Source: Stegostoma tigrinum (lineage: Eukaryota). Taken from it: a DNA stretch of 64,000 nt. The DNA lies in the NCBI RefSeq assembly GCF_030684315.1, contig NC_081379.1:29527947-29591946 (forward strand). The letters run 5' to 3'. The notes under the pieces are model-generated. The model ran no database searches. It saw nothing but the letters and a program-made list of their open reading frames with translations, and was not told the DNA's origin. Shown piece by piece: positions 39,586-51,635 of this stretch (position 1 is its first letter; each line of letters begins with the position of its first letter). The translations under genes and the position numbers were made by a program.

Positions 39586-41074
39586 TCTGCTGTATGCTAA
39601 TTGATATCATAATTTGCCTGCTCAACATAATTCCAGCGTAAGTTCACTGTGTACATGTGTACAGCAAGTGGCATCCCATGCAATTGGACCCAGAAGGGAG
39701 ATCATAAGCATCAGTTTGGAATTCTAAGGGCAATCATAACGCCAAGAAAATGAACACTAATAAGTCAATTTCTTGCCTTGTGTCTTTGCATTCTCTCAAT
39801 CCAGTAATGTCATGACATTGTGCAAACAAGATGATTTATTATGCAGTGTATATTGCTATCTTTTATAATGGAATATAATGCTGAGACTAAATACTCTTTC
39901 AATATACCCTGCTGCCACTCTTCAATGTGTGCGCCCATAAATTAATCATCTTCTGCATCAGAAATAGTATTGTGAAGTTATCCCCTATCTATTTTCTTTA
40001 TTCATTTCATGAAGGTACTGTCTCATGGTGGAGGCACAGATGCCAGAATTGCTCACAAGTGATCAATCTTTGTGTGGTAGTTTCAACAATGATTATGAGC
40101 TATTCAATTATGGTGGCAATCACAATCAAGTCATGCTATGTCTGACTCAGTAACCATTTTCCAGCAGGAATACTTGGCTGATTATGTTTTTTTTAACTCC
40201 CTGTCTAACTCAGTAACTCCAAGGTTAAGTACAAAACCACTATTTTGGTCCCAACTAATTTAAAGTTTAATTAAGAGGTTGAAAAAAGTAATCAAAACGG
40301 CATCAGTACAGTCTTTGTAGACTGGGAAAGAGATTTTATAACACACCTAAGTGAGACCTAGAGCATAGTTTATTGCAAGAATATGCCAAGTGCCTTCATC
40401 ACAAAGTATGCACAGATAAAAACCATATTCCTCCAGGATTTATGAATAATGAATGTTTTTTTTTAAACATTGTTTTAAGTAAAATTGCTTCTAGCATTTT
40501 GGAACTTTTAAGGAACTGTGCTAAGACCTGTGGCTGACACTGAAAGAGAATTGGGAGTGTCAGCATGGCAGGAGTTTTGCCTCTGCAATACTATTGAGGG
40601 TAGCAGCAACATCCACTTGCAAGGCTGCTGCGACAGTTCAGAGCTCAACTACAACCGCCACAGGCACCAGTAAGCCCTGAAGTCATAGAAAGCAAATAAT
40701 ATTCTATCACTTTACTTTCAACCTCTCAAGAGTAATTAAAGATATATTAAAGCATTTGTCTCAATTGCTGATTTTCCAACATTTTGGGACAATCATATTC
40801 TTTGCTATTTCCAGCACCTGACTAATACACTGGGAAGAATTCCATCCTATGGTAAAAGTTGGCTGCTCAACTTTAGTGGAAGCTACATTTTTTTTGCTGA
40901 ATGTTGAGACTGCCACCTGCATCTGAGGAGGAAGTCCTGACTTTGGAATGTCTAGGGGCAATCTGATTGGCCATGAGCATTTCTGGCAGTGTCAGCTTCA
41001 AGCGGTGGGCACTATTGGATGACAGGCAGCCCCTGAAATAGAGGAGGTCATAAAAACAGACTGCAAGGTAAGTC

Positions 41075-41325
41075 ACAGAATGATAGAACCCCTACAGTGT
41101 GGAAGCAGGCCATTTGGCCCATTGAGTCCACACTGACCCTCTGAAGAACATCCCATCCGGACCCATCCCCACCATATCCCTGTAACCTCACATATCCCAC
41201 GGCTATTCCACCCAGCCGGTACATCCTTGGATACTATGGGCAATTTAGCACGCCAATCCAACTAACCTGCACATCTTTGAACTGTGGTAGGAAACCAGAG
41301 CATCTGGAGGAGAATGTGCAAATTG
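41075..41325 (-). mobile_element. HE1-type SINE, 5'-truncated
   Basis: gatagaaccctacagtgtggaagcaggcc...taacctgcacatctttg matches 38439-38650. Confidence 0.85.
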
Positions 41326-41349
41326 ATTAGAGATGCCCAAAATGGCTCC

Positions 41350-41990
41350 AAGCCTCGGTTTGGCCTCACCGATGTTCAGGAGGCCACACCAGGAGCAACC
41401 AATACAGTAGACTAACTTGACGGATGTACAGCTGAACCTCTGTCTGATATGAAAGGTTTATTTTGAGCCTTGAATGGAAGTGAGGTGCATGGGCAGGTGT
41501 AGCACTTCCTGTAGTTGCAGGGAAAGGTGCCGGGCGTGGTATGATTGGTGGGGAGTGTGGAGCAGATGAGGGAGTCGCAGATAGAGCAGTCCCTATGGAA
41601 AGCAGATAAGGGTGGGGAGGGAAATATATCCTCGTTTGTGGGGTCGGATTGTAAGTGGCGGAAGTGGTGGAGAATGATTTGCTGGATGTGGATGTTGGTG
41701 GGGTGATATGTGAGGACCAGGGGGATTCTCACTTTGTGGGAGGGGATGCGAGGGTAGAAGTGTGGGAATTGCAAGAGATGCAGTTGAGGGTATTTCCGTG
41801 GTGGGGAGGTTACGGTCTTCGAAATACGAGGACACCTGGGATGTTCGGGAGTGGAACACCCCATCTTGAGAGCAGATGCGGCAGAAGCGGAGGAATTGGG
41901 AGTAGGGGATTGCATTCTTGCAGGAAGGCGGGTGAGAGGACGTTAGTCCAGGTAGCTGTGGGAATTGATGGGCGTGAAATAGATGGCTGG
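41350..41990 (-). mobile_element. Inverted Penelope-like arm (RT thumb to GIY-YIG)
   Basis: Minus strand encodes KNAIPYSQFLRFCRICSQDGVFH and YCIGCSWCGLLNIGEAK. It is homologous to ~43445-44190 (+). Confidence 0.9.
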
Positions 41991-42150
41991 AATTTACCTG
42001 TAAATTCACCTGGAAAACACCTTTCACTCCAAGCTCAAATTAACCTGGAAGCTTCACTGTATCAGTGCTGCCTCACGTTCCCATGAGGAGCTTGAACAAG
42101 TCATCGACTTGACTAACACCTTTCACCCCAAACTCAAATTCACCTGGACC

Positions 42151-44730
42151 CAAACTCTGCCATGTCTTCACCATCCCCCTAGGCCTTCCCCTCACTGAGG
42201 ATGAACTGTCAACCCTCAGTAAAGGACTCAACTTCATTCCCCTCTGCCAACACATCAATGAATTCCGTTCACACTTGGACTTCAAACTCTTTTTCCACTT
42301 CCTCTGCCTCCGCACCGATTTCTCTAACCGCAACTCTGTCCCACACTCTGCTGATCCCTTCTCCCACCTCCAGCACACCCCCACCTTCTGAACACCACCC
42401 CATGGCCTCCTACCCTCCTTCAACCTCTTCATTTCCAATTGCAGTCTCAGCATTGCTCGCCTCAATCTCTCCACCCCCTCACTCACTCCAACCTCTCCCC
42501 CAGGAATGCACCACCCACTCTTCCCTCTGCTCCAACCCTAACCTCACTGTCAAACTTGCGGACAAGGGTGGCACAGTTGTAGTATGCCACACTGACCTTT
42601 ACATCACTGATGCCAGGTGCCAACTCTCTGACACCTCCTCCTACCGCCCCCTCAATTATGACCTTACCCCTGATCACCAAACCATTGTCTCTCAGACCAT
42701 CCATAATCTCATCACCTCAGGGACTTCCCAACTATCCACAGCCTTCAACCTCTTCGTTCCCCATCCCCACACCACCCATCTCCAACTCCTTTTCAAAATC
42801 CACTAACATGCCTGGCCCGGCCAACACATTGTCTCTGTCTGCTCCTGACCTCGGAACTTACCTCCGCTTACCTTGACTCTATTTTCTCACCCCGGTCCAG
42901 GAATTCCCCACTTATGTCCAGGACACCACCCACACCCTCCACCTCCTCCAAGACTTCCAGTTCCCTGGTCCCAACACCACATCTTCACAATAGACATCCA
43001 GTCCCTATACTCTTGTATCCCCCATGCGGATGGTCTAAAAGCCCTCCACTTCTTCATTTCCCACAGGGCCAACTAATCCCCCTCCACCACCATCCTCATC
43101 CGCTTAACAGAACTTGTCCTTATCCCGAACGACTTCTCCTCTAACTCCTTCCAGCTCCTACAAACTAAGCGAGTGGCCGTGGGCACCTGTATGGGTCCAA
43201 GCTCTGCCTGCCTCTTCTTAGGATACGTGGAACAGTCCCTTTCCTGCTGCTACATTGGGACTAACCCCACCTCCATTTTTGCCACATTGATGACTGTATC
43301 GGCTCATGCTCACATGAGGAGATTGAACGGTTCATCAACTTTACTAACACCTTTCATCCCAACCTCAAATTCACCTGGACCACCTCCAATACCTCCCTCC
43401 CCTTCCTGGACCTCTCCGTCTCCGTCTATGGTGACTGCCTCAAACTGAAATCTATTGCTGGGTGTGAGGGGCTGTTGCGGGGGGTGGGGGGTGGGTGGCG
43501 ATGCAAGATGTGCAACAGGTTTTTGGGGAATAGGGGAGTAAAGAGAAGGCCACCTATTTCCGCAGCTACCTAGACTACATCTCCTCTCTCCCAACTTCCT
43601 GCAAGAATGTGATTTCCCCCTAGTCCTAATTCCTCTTCCTCCACGCATCTGCTCCCAAGATGAGGCATTCCGCTCTCCAACATCCCAGATGTCCTTCTAT
43701 TTCAAGGACCGTAACTTTCCCCCTCCAGTGATCGAAAATGCCCTCAGCTACATCTCTTGCTTCTCCTGCACTTCTGCCCTCACTTCCCTCCTGCCAATGA
43801 AAATAAAGTCAGAATCCCCCTTGCCTTATATATTACCCCACCAACCTCGGCATCCAATGTATCATTTTCCGTCACTTCCACCACCTACAATCTGACCCTA
43901 CAACCAAAGAGATGTTTCCCTCCCCATCCTTATCAGTCTTTCGTAGGGACCGCTCTCTCTATGACTCCCTTGTCTGCTCCAAACTCCCCACTAACCCCAC
44001 CATCTTTGGCACCTTTCCCTGCAACCACTGGAAATGCTACACCTGCCCCTACACCTCCCCCCTCACAACCATCCGAGGCCCAAAATAAACCTTTCATATC
44101 AGACAGGGGTTCGCCTGTGCATCTGCCAACTTGGTCTACTGTATCTGCTGCTCCCAATGTGGCCTCCTCTCCATCTTGGTGAGACAAAGCATAGACTCAG
44201 AGACCATTTCAAAGAGCATCAGTGCTCTGTTTGCGACAAATGACAACCCCTTCCGGTTGCCAACCATTTTAAGGCCCCCACCCACTCCCTGATTGACATG
44301 CCCATTCTGAGCCTTCTCCAGTGTCACAATGACACCAGCCACAAACTGGAGGAGCAGCACCTCATATTCCACCTCAGGAGCCTACAGCCCAATGGCCTAA
44401 ACATGGATTTCACCAGTTTTAAAATCTTCCCACCCCTGGCATCATCTCATGTCCAACCCTTCCTCTTATCCCCGCCTCCTTGACCTGACACAACCTGTTT
44501 ATCTTCTCTCCCACCTATTTGCCCCACCAATCCCACTGACCAATCCCCACTACTCCCTACCTGCACTCACCTATCACAATCCCACCTGCTTTCCCCTGCC
44601 CCATCCCTTCCCACTCTCTCGTTATTTCCCTTCCCACTCCCCGTCTCTGAAGAAGGGTCCTGACCCGAAACATCAACTTTCCTGCTCCTCTGATGCTGCC
44701 TGCCCTGCTGTGGTCCACCAGCTCCACACT
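42151..44730 (+). mobile_element. Penelope-like retroelement, near-complete decayed ORF (RT plus GIY-YIG) and pLTR
   Basis: LTEDELSTLSKGLNFIP, VKLADKGGTVVV, IDIQSLYSCIPH, VAVGTCMGPSSACLFLGYVE, HIDDCI, LVYCICCSQCG, GETKHRLRDHFKEH, KLEEQHLIFHL, then the pLTR. Many frameshifts. Confidence 0.93.
44645..44676 (+). ncRNA. Hammerhead-like motif in PLE pLTR (probably decayed)
   Basis: ct-CTGAAGA-a-gggtc-ct-gaccc-GAAA-catc. The core is intact, but the helix III palindrome is broken (ACAT instead of ACGT). Confidence 0.6.
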
Positions 44731-45829
44731 TCAAAAGTATTTTATTGGTTGCAAAGTGTTCTGTGACTTCCTAATGTCATGAAGATAGCAAAATAGATAT
44801 AAATCTTTCGTTTTCTCTAGAAATGTTGTATGTCTGCAGAGGGCAGTACTTTTTTTTAATTTCTCAAGGGAATACTTGTTCGCTAGAATTGTAAATTAAT
44901 TCTTTGAACGTCTCCTATGTTTATCTTTAATCTAACTTCCCAATTTTAATGCCTAGAGCTTTCAAAAACATCCAAAAGTCTGAAGTACTAGGACCCCAGG
45001 ACATGCCATAGAGAGAAAACTCAAAGTGCAAACAAAATAGCTCAGAAATAGACCGAACATTTTCCACTTCATGAACGTGTTGAGCTCTTAAAATTTATTT
45101 CCCTATAAGCTGGGTATCTAGTGACTGTTGGTAATCTGTATACAAGGGCATAACGGACAATGTGCACTTGTATGTTTGAATGTCGGCAAATCAGGTACAA
45201 ATCTAAATGGTGTTTGCTGAGTTTAATTTAAATGTTGCTATAAAACTCTCACTTATTTAAAGCAGAACATTATGTTTTAGAAGACAGGTAAATGTGGGAA
45301 TAAACAGATTGCAAACTCAGCAGCAATCTGCCAGAGCAATCATCTGCTCAATTTTTTATCACGTTGCAGCCCACATGGAGTGTAAACAGTCTTGCCACCA
45401 GCCCTATTGCTTCCTAAATCATTTCAAATGCTTTCAACTTTACTGTATGTAAGAATCTCTTTTAAATTACTGGCGCAGTGCTGGGTGTGAGGGGCTGTTG
45501 CGGGGGGCAGGGGGTGGGTGGTGATGCAAGATGTGCTACAGGTTTTTGGGGAATAGGTGAGTAAAGAGAAGGACAGAAAGCAATCTGCTATCATTCCCAA
45601 AAGAAATAAAGTAACCAAGGAAAAATGTGTGATTATTGCAGAAAAAATATTTTATCTTATAGTCACAAAATACAGTCAAATATAACGAAGTGCTGAGCTG
45701 TTGGAACCCCAGAGATCTCCTTGCAGTTTCCCTCCAGGTATGGAACTTCTATTTGGAAACCTGTGGTTTCGTCAAAGTTAAGGTACAAGAAATTAAACTG
45801 ACAAATTTTTTTAATAGCAAAATTCCACC

Positions 45830-46060
45830 AAAGGACATGTGCTTAGAGGAATGCCTGAATTCCAGGTACCAAAGCAAATCATCTTCGCCCAGCTCAAGGA
45901 AGGCACTCGAATGGAAGGAGGACAATGGAAGTGTTTGGAAGACTCCCTGAAAGCTTCCCCGAGGAAATGCAATATTGATGTCAATGCATGGGAGATCCAC
46001 AGCCAGAACAGCCACATGGATGATCCACTTAAAATCCATGATATCACAGATTTTGGCCAT
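45830..46060 (+). mobile_element. RTE-clade LINE C-terminal fragment
   Basis: MPEFQVPKQIIFAQLKEGTRMEGGQWKCLEDSLKASPRKCNIDVNAWE fits the RTE terminal motif RxPKQxxYxELxxGxRxxGGQxKRxKDxLK. Confidence 0.8.
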
Positions 46061-46584
46061 GAGCCAATTTGATTTGTTCCAGACAACATCAAGAATCTGA
46101 AGAAACTGATGACATCAAAAGCTATAGACACAGACAACATTCCAAACCAGTTACCTTTACCTATACCATCCTGCTCCTATTGTTTAGTATGCAGGTCTGT
46201 GTTGTACCTTCACTAGGGAATGCTCACTTTCTTTTGAGGAATGCCCAGCAATTCTTCTACACTGCTTATTGAACAAGAGCTGATATCCTACCTTGATGAT
46301 AATGGAGGCATGAGGGATATATGCAAAACCAAAAACTGTTGTAGAATACTCATAGATGTTCCCCTTGCCCTCATGATAAACAAATATTTCCTGAAATGTT
46401 TGGTCTTTGGGTTGGTCTTGTTAATAAATCAGGATGGATTTGAGGATGCTTTTGTTACAGAATTCTTTTGGGAAAGGGTAATATTCTATTACCTCATTTG
46501 GCATTGTTGATCAATCAAAGTTGGATGCAAGATTTCATTCTCAGTGGAAAGAAATCACTATAATCTTACCAGACATTGAGTCTG

Positions 46585-46760
46585 CACTCTTATTAGAGAG
46601 AGATGACTAGTAGCGGCTTAACCTGAGGGTCACCACTCCTCAGGGGAAGGACAGGTTGAGAAAGATGGCCCTTCATGATGTCCTCAGCCAGTGCAGGAAC
46701 TGAACTCATGCCGTTGCTGTCATCTTGCATTACAAACCAACCAACTCACCTAATCCTCCC
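46585..46760 (-). mobile_element. tRNA-derived SINE fragment (same family as 52705-52860)
   Basis: Minus strand reads gacagcaacggcatgagttcagttcctgcactggctgaggacatcatgaagg, matching gccaacagcatgggttcagatcccacactggctgaggttaccatgaag at 52747-52796. Confidence 0.65.
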
Positions 46761-47369
46761 CCTCTTGCGATTATCTTGAATGTTTCAATTATTTTGCTTG
46801 ATTTGCAGGTTTCTCTTTCACATGGTTTCTATTTATGAGCCTAAGTGGTTGTGGTAGTTAGAAAACCAACTGGAGATGCTTTCCTATTCATCACAACATG
46901 CCTTTGAGGTCACCTGTATTCTATTCCCTATTTGGTTTGCTTGAAAAGAAATGGATTTGCAGTTTTTGTATGGACTTTGAACTGTTTCAAGCATTGCTCC
47001 TACAGAATGAACAGTGTCTGTTATAATTGAAAGGTTAATTGGAGCAGCAGATCCATCTTATGAGTAACATCCAGAGTAGAGGCCCCTGATTTTAGCCTCT
47101 GATTGGGAGAAATGCTGCCAGGCAGGAAACAGTCTGATATCACTGAGGGATAGTTACTGTGTTATTGGAAATGCAATATTGTATTACAATTGTGATAATT
47201 ACCTGGAACTGACATTCTACAAACATTGCAATTGCATATTCAGTCCATTACTGATTTCTGTTTAAAGAAAGCGCGAACAACAGCAATGGTCCATCGGCAC
47301 AATTAATCTAGAATATTACCATTTCATGGCATGAATGAAATGTAATTGCTGTTGAGGATGTAATTTTTT

Positions 47370-47725
47370 TTTATTCATTCACAATATGAGGGCATTGCTG
47401 GCTAGGTGGCAAAGGGATGCGTAATAAATGCTGGCGCCAGAGGGCAATTAAGACTCAACCACATTACTGCGGGTCTGGAGTCATAACGTTGGTTGGACCA
47501 GGTAGAGATGGCTGATATCCTCCCTGAATGACATTAGTGACGCAGATGCAATTTTCCTGACAATCGACAGTGGATTCACAGGCATCCTTAAACTCTTAGT
47601 TCCAGATATTTGTTGACTTCAAATTCCACTGTTTGCCAATGTGAGATTTGAACCCTGGTCCCCAGAACACTACCTGGGTCTCTGGATTAACAGTCCAGCG
47701 ATAATGTCAGTAAGCCATTGTCTCC
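47370..47725 (-). mobile_element. SacSINE1-like SINE
   Basis: Homologous to 36636-36965. B-box gggttcaaatctc on the minus strand. Contains an internal micro-inversion. Confidence 0.75.
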
Positions 47726-47884
47726 TCAAGCCTGCACTGTAACCTGCAAAAAAAACTTTGCTGCCTTCAATTTCTCCACATGTATCTGTGTTTGGAAGCT
47801 CTAAAGCAGAATCCCACCTCCCTCTCTAACTCAGGTCTAGATCCGATCTGCAACACCGTGTGACTGTGGACTAGCTAATTAATT

Positions 47885-48215
47885 TTTATTCAGTCATGGG
47901 ATGTGGGCATTTCTAGCTGGGCTAGCATTTATTCTCCTTCTCTAATTGTCCATTAATTTGAGAGACCTGCTGGTACCATTTCAGAGGGCAGTTACAAATC
48001 AACCCCAAATTATTGAGAGTCTGGAATCACAAGTATGCCAGGCCAGGCAAGGACCAACCTCAAGGACATTAGTGAAACAGGTGAGTTTAATGGCAGAGGT
48101 TACATGAGCCAACCTTTACTTCCAGGTTTTTATTTAATTTGAATTTCACTATCTGTTTTGGTGGGATTTGACCATGCATCCTCAGAACAGTAGTGCAGAG
48201 AATTACCACTTCCCC
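47885..48215 (-). mobile_element. SacSINE1-like SINE, older copy
   Basis: gggatgtgggc...gctagcatttatt...gagggcagttacaaatcaacc...aaggacattagtgaa...gtgggatttga. Confidence 0.65.
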
Positions 48216-48259
48216 ACACACCATATCAATTCTGCAATGTTACTGAATTGGAATATACA

Positions 48260-48800
48260 TTGGAATATGAAACAGGGGTAGGCCATTCAGCCCTTTGAGC
48301 AGGACTGTCATTCAATGGTATCATGACTAATCTGTAACAAAACCCACTCCAATTTCCTTGGTTCAATATCATTTTCTACACTTGTTTGTGAAGATCCACT
48401 CATTTTAACTTAAAATGAGCTTGTACCTGTTGCTTTTTATGGGAGAGAGCTCTACATTTCTGTTGTCCTTTTTATGTGGAGCAGTGTTTCCTAACTTCCC
48501 TCCTGATTGGTTATCCAGTCTAAGATGCCCTTTCAAGACTTCTCCACTCATGGAAATGCATTATTTAATTGCTTTTTCCATTCCTTTGAAAATCCTAAAT
48601 ATTTCAATCAAATCACCCTTTAGCTTTTACATCCCGGGAGCACATCATGGTTTTGAAAATCTCTCCTCAGTGTGTAACCACTGGGGCCTTGTTAGTGTTC
48701 TGGTGAACCTGCATTGCACTTATTCCAAGGTTAATAGTGGTGCTCAGCGTGAAACACACTTCTCCAGATGTGGTCTAACTGGTGACTTGTAGAGCTGTAG
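48260..48800 (-). mobile_element. Old CR1 3' fragment
   Basis: acaggggtaggccattcagccc tail, and acacacttctccagatgtggtctaactggtgacttgta (LVRPHLE on minus). Confidence 0.7.
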
Positions 48801-49516
48801 CTATTATATCGACTTTATTTGCACAGTCAGGAACATTCTGTGAGCTTTTAAAATGGTGAGCAAAACACGGATGTGAAATTCCCACCAATGTTTTTGACAG
48901 ATCCAGATATGTCAGCCTATGAAAGGAAGTTATGCATTAATCACACAGGAGCAAATCTTGAACTCAAGATAAATTTAGCTTAATGCTAAGTTCAAACAGA
49001 TTCTATTTCAGTTGTCATTGTGCCTTAAACTACAAAATGGGAGCCATTAATTGATTGTGTAGGAATTGACACACTTGAAAGATAGATAAAGTCTAGTTAA
49101 GCATTATAACCTGACAATTTTTGAATCTACCACTCTTTAAACCTGAAAAGAAAAGCTGAAGCTGTCAATGAGGGCGTACTCTTTGCTGGAGTACTTTAAT
49201 TGATGCACCATTTGACGTACATTTAAAACACACTATCTGGTCATTGTTGAAATTTCTTTGTTGAAATTTCTCCAAGACTATTATTATGTCATGATGAAAA
49301 GTTAGCTGAGATTCTAGAATTATCTCCGTGATGAGTTCACATTTTAACTGCTGCCTTAAAGAGACTACAAAGGGATTAGCTGTCATTGATGTAGGGTTTG
49401 AATGTGTAAATGTTTTTATTAAAGATTAACCAATTTCTCAACTTCAATTGCCCACTTTGCTAGCTAAGATCCAGCCCTGACATTTCATTAGCTTTTTAAA
49501 TAATTTTTTTGTGCCA

Positions 49517-51635
49517 CATAGAACATTACAGCACAGTACAGGCCCTTTGGCCCTCGATGTTGTGCGACCTGTCATACCAATCTGAAGCCCATCTAACCTA
49601 CACTATTCCATGTACGTCCATATGCTTATCCAATGACGACTTAAATATACCTAAAGTTGGCGAATCTACTACAGTTGCAGGCAAAGCGTTCCATTCCCTT
49701 ACTACTCTCTGTGTAAACTACCTCTGACATCTGTCCTATATCTTTCACCCCTCAATTTAAAGCTATGCCCCCTCGTGCTCGCCGTCACCATCCTAGGAAA
49801 AAGGCTCTTCCTATCCACCCTATCTAACCCTCTGATTATTGTACATGTCTCAATTAAGTCACCTCTCAACCTTCTTCTCTCTAACGAAAACAGCCTCAAA
49901 TCCCTCAGCCTTTCCTTGTAAGACCTTCCCTCCATACCAGGCAACACCCTAGTAAATCTCCTCTGCACCTTTTCCAAAGCTTCCGCATCCTTCTTATAAT
50001 GCGGTGACCAGAACTGTATGCAATACTCCAAGTATGGCTGCACTAGAGTTTTGTACAGCTTCACCATAATCTCTTGGTTCCAGAACTCGATCCCTCTATT
50101 AATAAAAGCTAAAACACTGTATGCCTTCTTAACAGCCCTGTCAACCTGGGTGGCAACTTTCAAGGATCTGTGTATATGGACACCAAGATCTCTCTGCTCA
50201 TCTACACTACCAAGAATCTTACCATTAGCCCTGTACTTTGCCTTCCGGTTACTCCTACCAAAGTGTATCACCTCATACTTGTCCACATTAAACTCCATTT
50301 GCCACCTCTCAGCCCAGCTCTGCAGCTTATCTTGTCTCTCTGCAGCCTACAGCATCCTTCGTCACTATCCACAACTTCACCGACCTTAGTGTCGTCTGCA
50401 AATTTACTAACCCATCCTTCTACGCCCTCATCCAGGTCATTTATAAAAATGACAAACAGCAGTGGACCCAACACGGACCCTTGCGGTACACCACTAGTAA
50501 CTGGTCTCCAGGATGAACATTTCCCATCAACTACCACCCTCTGTCTTCTTTCAGCAAGCCAATTTCCGATCCAAACTGCTATATCTCCCACAATCCCATT
50601 CCTCTGCATTTTATCAGGCAGGGAGGAAGCTGTAGAGCGTGGGAGCCTACTGTGGGGAACCTTATCGAACGCCTTGCTGAAATCCATATACACCACATCA
50701 ACCGGTTTACTCTCATCTACCTGTTTGGTCACCTTCTCAAAGAACTCAATAAGGTTTGTGAGGCACGACTTTCCCTTCATAAAACCGTACTGACTATCCC
50801 GAAACAATTTATTCTTTTCTAGATGATTATAAATCCTATCCCTTATAACCTTTTCCAACACTTTACCAACAACTGAGGTAAGGCTCACTGGCCTATAATT
50901 ACCAGGGTTGTCTCTACTCCCCTTCTTGAACAGAGGAACCACATTTGCTATCCTCCAGTCGTCTGGCACTATTCCTGTAGACAATGACGTGTTAAAGATC
51001 AATGCCAAAGGCTCGGCAATCTCCTCCCTGGCTTCCCTGAGGATCCGAGGATAAATCCCATCTGGCCCAGCGGACTTATCTATCTTCACACTCTGTAGGA
51101 TTTCTAATACCTCTTCCTTGTGAACCTCAATCCCACCTAGTCTAGTAGCCTGTATCTCAGTATTCTCCTCGACAACATTGTCATTTTCTAGATTGAATAC
51201 TGTCGAAAAATATTCATTTAGTGCTTCCCCTATCTCCTCTGACTCCACACACAACTTCCCACTACTCTCCTTGATTGGTCCTAATCTTACTTTCGTCATT
51301 CTTTTATTCCTTAAATACCTATAGAAAGCCTTAGGGTTTACCCTGATCCTATCCGCCAACAACTTCTCATGTCTCCTCCTGGCTCTTCTGACTCTCTCTT
51401 TAGGTTTTTCCTGGCTACCTCGTAGCCCTCAAGTGCCCTAACTGAGCCTTCACATCTCATCCTAACATAAGCCTTCTTCTTCCTCTTGACCAGAGATTCC
51501 ACTTCCTTCGTAAACCACGGCTCCCACGCTCTACAGCTTCCTCCCTGCCTGACAGGTACGTACTTATCTAGGACACACAGGAGCTTTTCCTTGAATAGGC
51601 TCCACATTTCTGATGTGCCCATCCCCTACAGTTTC
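49517..51635 (-). mobile_element. Young 5'-truncated CR1 LINE (ORF2 RT domain plus 3' UTR)
   Basis: ORFs 51338-51622, 50268-51362 and 49702-50298 are frameshifted pieces of ORF2: [57 protein letters not shown]. The 3' hairpin gggccaaagggcc and tail gttctatg are present. The endonuclease domain is absent. Confidence 0.97.

Noticed and set aside
50018-50793. 123-aa and 207-aa plus ORFs
   Set aside because: Antisense shadows of the CR1 RT frame.
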